From positions 1 through 64,000 of IMG/VR virus record IMGVR_UViG_2546826724_000006: a stretch of 64,000 nucleotides of DNA; one strand, 5' to 3'. This DNA is from a virus (taxonomy: Duplodnaviria > Caudoviricetes). A program made the translations under genes and the position numbers. Positions 56,427-64,000 of this stretch are shown piece after piece. Within the stretch, counting starts at the first letter, position 1. Each line of letters starts with the position of its first letter. Below the pieces are notes generated by a model. The model made no database searches. It saw only the letters and a program-made list of their open reading frames with translations, and had not been told where the DNA came from.

Positions 56427-56919
56427 GCTGGCAAAGAAAGTAGAAAGGCCGGCCAATCTCTCTGTCGGCTTCCTGTCCGATGCGACTTACGAAGACGGTA
56501 AGAGCGTCGCTATGGTCGCTGCGATACAGGAATTCGGCGCACCTAAAGCGGGCATCCCGCCCCGGCCCTTCTTCCGCAACATGGTGGCCGCCAAGTCCGG
56601 CCAGTGGCCTGATGCCATCGCGAACTTGCTGAAGGCGACCGACTACGACGCCACCAAGACCATGATGCAGGTCGGCGAGGGCATCTCCGGGCAGCTTCGC
56701 CAGTCTATCGTAGACACTTCTGAGCCGCCGCTCAGTGTCCTGACGCTGATGGCCCGGAAGTGGAAGAGCGACAACCCCGACGAAGCCATGACGCGCACCG
56801 TCTTGGAGCAGTTGCGGGCTAGCCTCTCAAAAGGGCCTCCGGACCTCGGCGGGGTTTCAACGAAGCCTCTTGTTGAGAGCGGCAACATGCTTAACAGCAT
56901 CGATTACACGGTGGACTGA
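56380..56919 (+). CDS. Neck / tail-completion protein
   Basis: VAAIQEFG....IPPRPFFR; KPLVESGNMLNSI. Confidence 0.8.
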   Translation: MVQIKGGEALEKHLGELAKKVERPANLSVGFLSDATYEDGKSVAMVAAIQEFGAPKAGIPPRPFFRNMVAAKSGQWPDAIANLLKATDYDATKTMMQVGEGISGQLRQSIVDTSEPPLSVLTLMARKWKSDNPDEAMTRTVLEQLRASLSKGPPDLGGVSTKPLVESGNMLNSIDYTVD

Positions 56920-56921
56920 GC

Positions 56922-57338
56922 ATGCCCGGCCTGAACCTGCGCAACATCGCCAACGGCGCGATCCAGGGGCTGAACCCGAACGTCATCGCCACGGTCCGCC
57001 GCGCGGCCGGCTACACCACCGACGCCAGCGGCAAGCGCACGCCGTCGTTCACCGAGATCGTCGTCCCCGTCCAGATCCAGCCGATCACCACGGGCGACAT
57101 GCAGAAGCTGGACAACCTGAACATCCAGGGCGTCCACCGCGCCATCTACGTCAGCGCTGAAGTCGAAGCGATGATCCGCGTCGACAAGAAGGGCGGCGAC
57201 CAGATCGTGTTCCCGCGAGGCGTCATGCCCGAGGACAACGACAATACCACCCGCTGGATCGTCTCCGCCGTTCTGGAAGTCTACCAGAGTGGATGGAGAA
57301 AGTGCGCTATCACACTCCAAAATAGCTACTCGCAGTGA
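56922..57338 (+). CDS. Head-closure / adaptor protein
   Basis: Position; LNIQG and GGD motifs. Confidence 0.7.
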   Translation: MPGLNLRNIANGAIQGLNPNVIATVRRAAGYTTDASGKRTPSFTEIVVPVQIQPITTGDMQKLDNLNIQGVHRAIYVSAEVEAMIRVDKKGGDQIVFPRGVMPEDNDNTTRWIVSAVLEVYQSGWRKCAITLQNSYSQ

Positions 57339-58060
57339 TCCCCGGCCTCCTGCCGGTCCCGAGCCGCGTCGACATCCAGACGGCTCTGCGATCGGTCCTG
57401 CTTCAGATCCTGCCCGACGGCGTCGAGGTCATCGCCGGTCAGGACAACAACGTGCCCGAGCCCACGGGCGACTTCGTCAGCATGACCGTGCTCCGGCAGG
57501 AGCGGCTGGCGACCAATATCGTAGCCTATGAGGACTGCGCGTTCACCGGGGCCATCGCAGGCCGCATCCTGACGCCGACCAACATCCGGTTCGGAAGCCT
57601 CACCGCTGGACGGCTTGTCTTCGGGACCGGGGCTGCAACGGCTCCGACCATCAGCGCCGTCAACTCGGACGGTACGGCAACCCTCTCGCAGAACCTGACG
57701 GTTACGGCCAGGCCGATGGCCTCTGGCGTGAAGGGGCTCAAGCAGAAGACCCGCTTCGTCTTCCAGTTGGACATCCACTGCGACGACGACGACCACGCCT
57801 CGGACATGGGGCAGGTCATCTCCACCATGCTCCGCGATGACGCTGGGATCCGCCTCTTCGCGGCGACCAACGTCGCAGTCACGCCGCTCTACGCCGACGA
57901 TCCTCGGCAGATGCCCTTCGTCAACGCCGAGCAGCAGTACGAAGATCGCTTCGTGGTCGAGTGCCACTTGCAAGCCGACCAAATCATCACCCCGCCGCAA
58001 GAGTTCATGGACCGCGTCGATGCCGACCGGATCCCGGCCGACATCTTCTTCGCCGCCTGA
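57335..58060 (+). CDS. Neck/tail terminator protein
   Basis: Precedes the sheath; PLYADDPRQMPFVNAEQQYEDR. Confidence 0.75.
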   Translation: MIPGLLPVPSRVDIQTALRSVLLQILPDGVEVIAGQDNNVPEPTGDFVSMTVLRQERLATNIVAYEDCAFTGAIAGRILTPTNIRFGSLTAGRLVFGTGAATAPTISAVNSDGTATLSQNLTVTARPMASGVKGLKQKTRFVFQLDIHCDDDDHASDMGQVISTMLRDDAGIRLFAATNVAVTPLYADDPRQMPFVNAEQQYEDRFVVECHLQADQIITPPQEFMDRVDADRIPADIFFAA

Positions 58061-58069
58061 GGACGCAGC

Positions 58070-60070
58070 ATGACGACCATTTCCGCATCTCAGATCGTCA
58101 GGATCCTTCCGCAGGTCCTGAACGGCGGCGGCGATCCGCTGGCGTTCAACGGTCTGTTCCTGACCAAGAACGCCCGCGTCCCGACCATCAACGGGGCCAG
58201 CGGCGGTGTGCTGTCGTTCCCGAACGATGGCACGTCCGTGGCGTCCTACTTCGGCGGCACGTCCTCCGAGGCGGTCGAGGCCAACGTCTACTTCCTCGGG
58301 CCCGACACCTCGACGAAGAAGGCCGAGAACGTCCTCTTCGCCCGTTTCCCGGCCTCGGCCATCGCGGCGTTCCTGCGCGGCGGCAACGTCACCACGCTGA
58401 CGCTCGCCCAGCTTCAGGCGCTCTCGGGCACGCTGTCGATCATCGTCGATGGCTACACCCGCTCGGCGACTGGCCTGTCTCTGTCCGCGGCCACGAGCTA
58501 CACCGCGGCGGCGTCGCTGATCCAGGCGGGCCTCAACGCCTCGCAGCCTGTCGCGGCCTCGGTCACGGGTGCCATCGCGGCGGGGCCGTCCGTCTCGCTC
58601 ACCGGCTCCATCGCCGGCAACGTCCTCACCGTCAACAGCGTCGCCACCGGCCCGATCGTGCCCGGCACCGTGTTGAGCGGAACTGGCGTCACTGCCGGGA
58701 CCACCGTCACCAATCAGCTCTCGGGCGCGCAGGGCGGCGTCGGCACTTATGCGGTGTCCGCGTCTCAAATCGTGCCGAATGGCTCTCTGACGGGCTCCTA
58801 CGGCGTTCTGACGGTCACTGCAGTGGCGAGCGGTACGCTGTCGGTCGGACAGGCCCTGTCGGGCACTGGCGTGACCACTGGGACGGTCATCACCGGCCTC
58901 GGCACCGGCACGGGCCTCGCGGGCACCTACTACATCAATCCGAGCCAGACGGCTGCGAGTGGCACGATCACCGCAGCATCCACGCCCGTGACTGTGGCCT
59001 TCGACAGCCAGTCGGGCGGCTTCGTCATCACCTCGGGCATCACGGGCTCGCCCTCCACCATGGCCTACGCCACGGGCTCTCTGGCTGACAGCCTGTTCCT
59101 GTCGCAGGCAACCGGTGCGATCCTGTCCCAGGGCTCGGATGCCATGACGCCGGGCGACTTCATGACGGCGCTGACCCAGATCACGCAGAACTGGGTCTCG
59201 TTCACGACGCTGTTCGACCCCGATGGCGGCCTAACCGGCACCAACGTTCAGAAGCTGCTGTTCTCAACGTGGAACAACGCCCAGAACAACCGCTACGTCT
59301 ACGTCGCCTGGGATCGCGATCTCAGCCCGACGACCGTCGTGCCGGCGCCGACCTCGCTGGGCTATCTGCTCCAGTCGACGAACCTGTCCGGCACCTTCCC
59401 CTTCTGGGAGCCGAGCAATCAGCATGGCGCGGCCTTCGTGATGGGCTACATCGCCTCGCTGGACTTCGACGGCTTCAACGGCCGGACGACTGCTGCCTTC
59501 CGCAGCCAGACTGGTCTGGTGGCCGGCGTGAGCAACGCCACGGTTGCGAGCAACCTCGCCGGCTCGCCGCAGGCCACCGGTAGCTTCGGCAACGGCTATA
59601 ACTTCTACGGCGCCTACGCCACGGCCAATCAGGGCTTCGTATTCCTGAACCGCGGCACGATCTCGGGCCGGTTCCAGTGGCTGGATAGCTACGTCAACCA
59701 GATCTGGATCAACAACCAGCTCCAGCTCGCCTTCATGAACCTGCTCACGCAGGTCAACAGCATCCCGTACAACACGGACGGTGATGCCCTGATCGAGGCG
59801 GCTGCGCTGGATCCGATCACGGCGGCGGTGAATTTTGGCGCCATCCGTGCGGGCGTGCCGCTGTCGAACGCCCAGCGGGCTCAGGTCAAGTCCATGGCTG
59901 GCCTCGACATCGCCAGCACCCTCACGCAGCGCGGCTGGTATTTCCAGTCGCTGGCCGCCACCGCCTCGACGCAGACCCGTCAGGGCCGCGCCAGCCCGCC
60001 CGTGCGGCTCTTCTACATGGACGGCCAGTCTGTCCAGGCCCTCACCGTCCCCTCCGTCATGATCCAGTGA
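58070..60070 (+). CDS. Tail sheath protein (DUF3383)
   Basis: [44 protein letters not shown]. Confidence 0.88.
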   Translation: MTTISASQIVRILPQVLNGGGDPLAFNGLFLTKNARVPTINGASGGVLSFPNDGTSVASYFGGTSSEAVEANVYFLGPDTSTKKAENVLFARFPASAIAAFLRGGNVTTLTLAQLQALSGTLSIIVDGYTRSATGLSLSAATSYTAAASLIQAGLNASQPVAASVTGAIAAGPSVSLTGSIAGNVLTVNSVATGPIVPGTVLSGTGVTAGTTVTNQLSGAQGGVGTYAVSASQIVPNGSLTGSYGVLTVTAVASGTLSVGQALSGTGVTTGTVITGLGTGTGLAGTYYINPSQTAASGTITAASTPVTVAFDSQSGGFVITSGITGSPSTMAYATGSLADSLFLSQATGAILSQGSDAMTPGDFMTALTQITQNWVSFTTLFDPDGGLTGTNVQKLLFSTWNNAQNNRYVYVAWDRDLSPTTVVPAPTSLGYLLQSTNLSGTFPFWEPSNQHGAAFVMGYIASLDFDGFNGRTTAAFRSQTGLVAGVSNATVASNLAGSPQATGSFGNGYNFYGAYATANQGFVFLNRGTISGRFQWLDSYVNQIWINNQLQLAFMNLLTQVNSIPYNTDGDALIEAAALDPITAAVNFGAIRAGVPLSNAQRAQVKSMAGLDIASTLTQRGWYFQSLAATASTQTRQGRASPPVRLFYMDGQSVQALTVPSVMIQ

Positions 60071-60096
60071 TCGCCACGATCTAGGAGCTTTAGACC

Positions 60097-60525
60097 ATGT
60101 CGATCACCTCCGCGAACGCGGTCCTGTATCTCGGCGTCACCGGCCTGTTCCCGACGCCGCAGAAGATCCAGGGCTTCGCCACCGACGACATCTACGACAC
60201 CGAGGCGCTTGAGGTCGGCGACACCATGATGGGTGTCGACGGCTACCTCTCGGGCGGCTTCGTCTACAACCCCGTGATCCAGGGCTACAGCATCATGGCT
60301 GACAGCCCCTCGGCCGATTTCTTCGACAACTGGGTCGCGGCCGAGCGTCTGATCAACGACAAGTACACCGCGTTCGGGACGATCTTCCTTCAGGGCACCG
60401 GCCGGAAGTACGCGATGACGAAGGGCTTCCTCGTCACGGCCCCCGTGCTGCCGGATGCCAAGAAGCTCCTCCAGCCGCGGAAGTTCACCATCCGGTGGGA
60501 GCGCGTGCTCCCGGCGCCGGTCTGA
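60097..60525 (+). CDS. Tail tube protein
   Basis: Follows the sheath; MGVDGYLSGG, ADSPS. Confidence 0.82.
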   Translation: MSITSANAVLYLGVTGLFPTPQKIQGFATDDIYDTEALEVGDTMMGVDGYLSGGFVYNPVIQGYSIMADSPSADFFDNWVAAERLINDKYTAFGTIFLQGTGRKYAMTKGFLVTAPVLPDAKKLLQPRKFTIRWERVLPAPV

Positions 60526-60535
60526 GGTCTGACGC

Positions 60536-61021
60536 ATGGCACGTCGTGATGTCCGGGTGACAATCCCCTCGGATGACCCGAAGAACCGGGACGCTGGCAA
60601 GACCTTCCTTCTGACCGAGATGTCCGCGGCCCGCGCTGAGGACTGGGCGATGCGGGCGCTTCTCGCGTTGACCACCTCTGGCGCCGAGCTGCCTGATGAC
60701 GTGCAAGGCGCCGGCATGGCCGGTCTCGCGGTGATGGGCGTCCAGGCGCTCCAGGGCCTCAAGTACGACGAGGTCAAGCCGCTGATGGACGAGATGTTCG
60801 CCTGTGTGCAGATCTGCCCGGATCGGCAGCATCCTAGCGTGGTCCGGGCGCTCGTTGAGGACGATATCGAAGAGGTCTCGACGCGTCTCCGGCTGCGAAA
60901 GGAGATCCTTGACCTCCACGTGGGTTTTTCGCTGCCCGGCGCCCCGTCGATGTCGGCTCAGTCGGCGACGCCGGGCGCCCTAGCGGATGGCGTGATTACC
61001 CGAACGTCCCCCGGACGATAG
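60536..61021 (+). CDS. Tail assembly chaperone; programmed -1 frameshift at G GGT TTT (60922-60928) extends it to 61158
   Basis: Between tube and TMP; canonical X XXY YYZ heptamer; -1 frame open to TAG 61156-61158. Confidence 0.85.
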   Translation: MARRDVRVTIPSDDPKNRDAGKTFLLTEMSAARAEDWAMRALLALTTSGAELPDDVQGAGMAGLAVMGVQALQGLKYDEVKPLMDEMFACVQICPDRQHPSVVRALVEDDIEEVSTRLRLRKEILDLHVGFSLPGAPSMSAQSATPGALADGVITRTSPGR

Positions 61022-61161
61022 GCGTCATCCGAAACGCCAAGGCGGCCACGCTGCACGAGCTGCAGACCGTCTACGGCATCAAAGACGCCTATGACATGAT
61101 CGAAATGATCCAGATTGACGCGCACAATCAGCGCGTGATGGCGCCAAAACAGGGCTAGCCT

Positions 61162-63588
61162 ATGGCGACCGTCATCGACAGCCTGATCGTCTCGTTGGGC
61201 CTTGACCCCTCTGCCTTCACGAAGGGGCAGAAGGAGGCCGCTGCCTCCATCGCCAAGACGCGCGAGCAGGCGCAGAAGCACGGCGCTGGTATCGAAAAGA
61301 GCATGGACGGCGCGTCCGAGGCAGTGGATCGCCTCGCTCGCAACGCCCTCAAGCTGTTTGCGGTCTTCACGGCTGGTCGGGCGATCAAGGATTTCGTCGC
61401 CGATGTCACGTCGGCCGACGCGGCTCTCGGCCGGCTCGCCAAGTCGGTCGGCTCGACGCCCGATGTGATCTCTTCGCTGGGCAACGCAGTCGCCCGCAAC
61501 GGGGGCTCTGCGACTGCGGCGGCTGGCTCATTTGAGCGGCTGGCCGACAGCATCAACGAGATCAAGACCACTGGCAACTCGCCGATCCTGCCGTTCCTGT
61601 ACCGCCTGCAGGGGCTGGGCGGGAAGCAGATCAACCTCAACAAGGAGCTGTCCGAGACATTCGGCGATCTGGCTGAGAACGCCAAGAACATCGCCGATCG
61701 CCAGGGCGTTCCGTTCGCGACCTACCTGCTGAAGCAGGCCGGCGTTGACCGCGATACGGCAGCCCTACTGGTCAAGGGGCGTGAGGCTTATAACAAGGCG
61801 CTCGCCGAGAGCCGTCGGATTGGCATCGTCCGCAAGGAGGACACTGAGGCCGCTCAGAAGCTTGAGACTTCGCTGGAGAGCCTGCGCCAGACCTCGGAGG
61901 GGTTCGGCCGCACGATCCTGACGGCGATTACCCCGACCGTCACTGACCTAATTGAGCGGATGCGGGAGTGGATCACCGCCAACCAGGATTGGATCAAGAC
62001 CGAGATCGTTACCAAGATCCGCGAGTTCGCGGACTGGCTGAAGAGCATCGACTGGAATTCGATCCTGTCCGGGATCCGCGGGTTCATTCGCGGTGCCGAC
62101 GATGCGGCCAAGGCGGTCGGTGGCTGGAAGGTTGTAGCGGAAGCGTTCTTCGCGCTCTGGGCGGCGAGCAAAATGGCGGCGCTATTCGCCCCGCTGCTCC
62201 TGCAAATCGCAGGCGTTCGGCTCGCTCTGCTCGGCCTTGGCCCATTTGGAGCTGCGCTCCTCGGATTGGGTGCGCTAGCAGGCGTCGCCGGTCTCGCGAC
62301 GGCAGACCAGCTTCCGAAGGTACTTGGGCGCGAGGGTGCCGCAGGCGTCGATCCTGGAACGGGCGGTGCTACCGAGCGGCCGCCGATGGACCTGTACGGC
62401 CAAGAGGGTGGCGCCCGGCCTTGGCTGCGTCGGCAGTGGAACCGGACGAAGCGGCTGTTCGGTGGCGGCTCGGCTGATGCGGCAGAGGGCGGAGCTGGTA
62501 TCCGCACTCGGGCAGCCCGTGCCGCCCGCGGAGATCAGTCTGGAGGTGTGGCCGCCAATCCTGGCGCTTACAAGGATGTTCTTGATCACATCGCCCGAAG
62601 CGAAGGAACAGCTAACCAAGCCGGGGGCGGCTATAACACTTCCCTGGGGTATGGTCGCTATCTCCCGGGAGGGAAGGAGCAGAACCTCACCAGCAAGACG
62701 CTGGATGAGATCTTGGAACTCGGCAACCATATGCGGAGGCAGCCAGGAAACCCGAACTCCTCTGCAATGGGCCGATATCAGATTGTCGGGAGCACCCTAC
62801 GTGCTCAGATGCGGCAACTCGGGCTCAAAGGAAGCGATCTTTTTGACGAGAAGACGCAGGACCGGATCGGGGCCAATTTGGCTCGGCAGCGTGGGGCGAA
62901 TTCGGTCGGACTTCAGCAGGAGTGGGCATCCCTAGTCGGAGCTAAGAACGCTACGGCCGTCGCGCTTATGCAGAAGGTTGATCGGAACGCGTCAACCATC
63001 CCGCTGGATCGGCCTTCGGCTCCTTCTCCCGCAGACACAACGCGGCGCGATGTGCTGGCTGATCCTAACGATGAGCGGCGCAAGATAGAGGCCCAAAAAG
63101 TTGCTGAGAGCGTCGCAGCGGCACAGGTATTGAAGTCTGTTCAGGAGAGTCAGAAGCAAGGCACTCTAGCGGAACGTGCCGCTGCCGGGAGTGAGTATGG
63201 TCCGCAGACTCCATACCCCGGCAGCCGATCTATCAAGCAAATGAACGATTGGCTCTGGGACAAGAAAGGACCCCAGCCAATCGACTGGAAGAAAGACCCA
63301 GAAACTGGGAACTGGAAGCCCGTTTTCGCTGGAGGCAAGCCAAGTGCGGCTCTGGGGGCGCAGCGGGCTGGTGCTCAGGCTGCAATTGCTCAGGTACAGG
63401 CGGCTCAGACTGCTGCGGTGTCAACCACTGCGAATGACAATCGCACGACCTCAAGCGTCGAGAACAACATCAACGGGCCGATCAACATCCATACCGCAGC
63501 TACGGACGCTAGCGGGATCGCCCGTGACATTAAGCCAGCCCTCCAGCGGCATGCTTTCGCCGCGGCAGCCAACTACGCGAGAGCCTGA
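61162..63588 (+). CDS. Tape measure protein with lambda-R-like muralytic domain
   Basis: MATVIDSLIVSLGLD; LDHIARSEGT...GGYN...SAMGRYQI...FDEKTQDR. Confidence 0.88.
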   Translation: MATVIDSLIVSLGLDPSAFTKGQKEAAASIAKTREQAQKHGAGIEKSMDGASEAVDRLARNALKLFAVFTAGRAIKDFVADVTSADAALGRLAKSVGSTPDVISSLGNAVARNGGSATAAAGSFERLADSINEIKTTGNSPILPFLYRLQGLGGKQINLNKELSETFGDLAENAKNIADRQGVPFATYLLKQAGVDRDTAALLVKGREAYNKALAESRRIGIVRKEDTEAAQKLETSLESLRQTSEGFGRTILTAITPTVTDLIERMREWITANQDWIKTEIVTKIREFADWLKSIDWNSILSGIRGFIRGADDAAKAVGGWKVVAEAFFALWAASKMAALFAPLLLQIAGVRLALLGLGPFGAALLGLGALAGVAGLATADQLPKVLGREGAAGVDPGTGGATERPPMDLYGQEGGARPWLRRQWNRTKRLFGGGSADAAEGGAGIRTRAARAARGDQSGGVAANPGAYKDVLDHIARSEGTANQAGGGYNTSLGYGRYLPGGKEQNLTSKTLDEILELGNHMRRQPGNPNSSAMGRYQIVGSTLRAQMRQLGLKGSDLFDEKTQDRIGANLARQRGANSVGLQQEWASLVGAKNATAVALMQKVDRNASTIPLDRPSAPSPADTTRRDVLADPNDERRKIEAQKVAESVAAAQVLKSVQESQKQGTLAERAAAGSEYGPQTPYPGSRSIKQMNDWLWDKKGPQPIDWKKDPETGNWKPVFAGGKPSAALGAQRAGAQAAIAQVQAAQTAAVSTTANDNRTTSSVENNINGPINIHTAATDASGIARDIKPALQRHAFAAAANYARA

Positions 63589-63598
63589 CACTTCGGGT

Positions 63599-63991
63599 TC
63601 AAGATGGTGGGCGACCGTCGTAAACATCATCTTGATGCTTGATGATCGCCGCGCGAGAAAGAACTGATCCGCCGACCTGAATGCGGTCAATCTCAAGATA
63701 GCCGGCGCCGACAAACTGGCCATCATAGACGAAGCGGTTCCGAGCGGCGTTCTGGCAGACGATGTGTATGTGGCGCTTGCGCTTGTCTTGCGCGTCGCAG
63801 GAGTAGCCAGCCTCTTGAAGACGTTGAAAATACCGGACGGTTGTGCGGTCGCCGGACAGCCCCTCACCGGGTGCCTCGGCCATAGGGGTATTCGGAAATG
63901 ACAAGGCGGGGTGCTGTTCCCACGGCATCGCTTGGGCTAAAGACGTTGAGGCAGACAGAACGGCTGTAGCCAAAGCAAAAGCGTAACGCAT
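63599..63991 (-). CDS. Secreted/periplasmic protein convergent on the helper TMP gene
   Basis: Signal peptide MRYAFALATAVLSASTSLAQA. Confidence 0.65.
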   Translation of the reverse strand: MRYAFALATAVLSASTSLAQAMPWEQHPALSFPNTPMAEAPGEGLSGDRTTVRYFQRLQEAGYSCDAQDKRKRHIHIVCQNAARNRFVYDGQFVGAGYLEIDRIQVGGSVLSRAAIIKHQDDVYDGRPPS

Positions 63992-64000
63992 TACGGCATC

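Larger units (their letters stand above)
1..64000. mobile_element. Temperate contractile-tailed prophage (helper), continuing beyond the right edge of the window
   Basis: Colinear lambdoid layout: integrase, early genes, CI/Cro, replication, terminase, portal, head, neck, sheath, tube, tape measure. Confidence 0.95.

Overview
A GC-rich alphaproteobacterial temperate myophage (prophage) fills the window. The host is probably Methylobacterium-like, which is inferred from GC content and gene types only. The order is: integrase (1-1107), leftward early/recombination genes, a CI/Cro switch (~14.6-15.6 kb), replication genes and a NusG-type antiterminator, then terminase, portal, head genes, neck, sheath, tube, tail chaperone and tape measure (to 63.6 kb). 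Two nested parasites stand out. (1) The major capsid gene is split in frame by an ~18.3-kb element (32997-51317) bounded by the direct repeat TACCAGACCAT(T/C)TC; precise excision restores a 363-aa capsid gene. This satellite-like element has no recognisable capsid, portal, tube or sheath gene. It does encode tandem tyrosine integrases, a serine resolvase, an AAA replication protein, its own TerS/TerL (TerL ends in a helper-like tail), a scaffold mimic, and its own tail chaperone, spike, hub and tape measure protein (currently frameshifted). (2) The head morphogenesis gene carries a 313-aa intein whose putative homing endonuclease is encoded on the opposite strand. All family calls come from motif recognition; no database searches were run.
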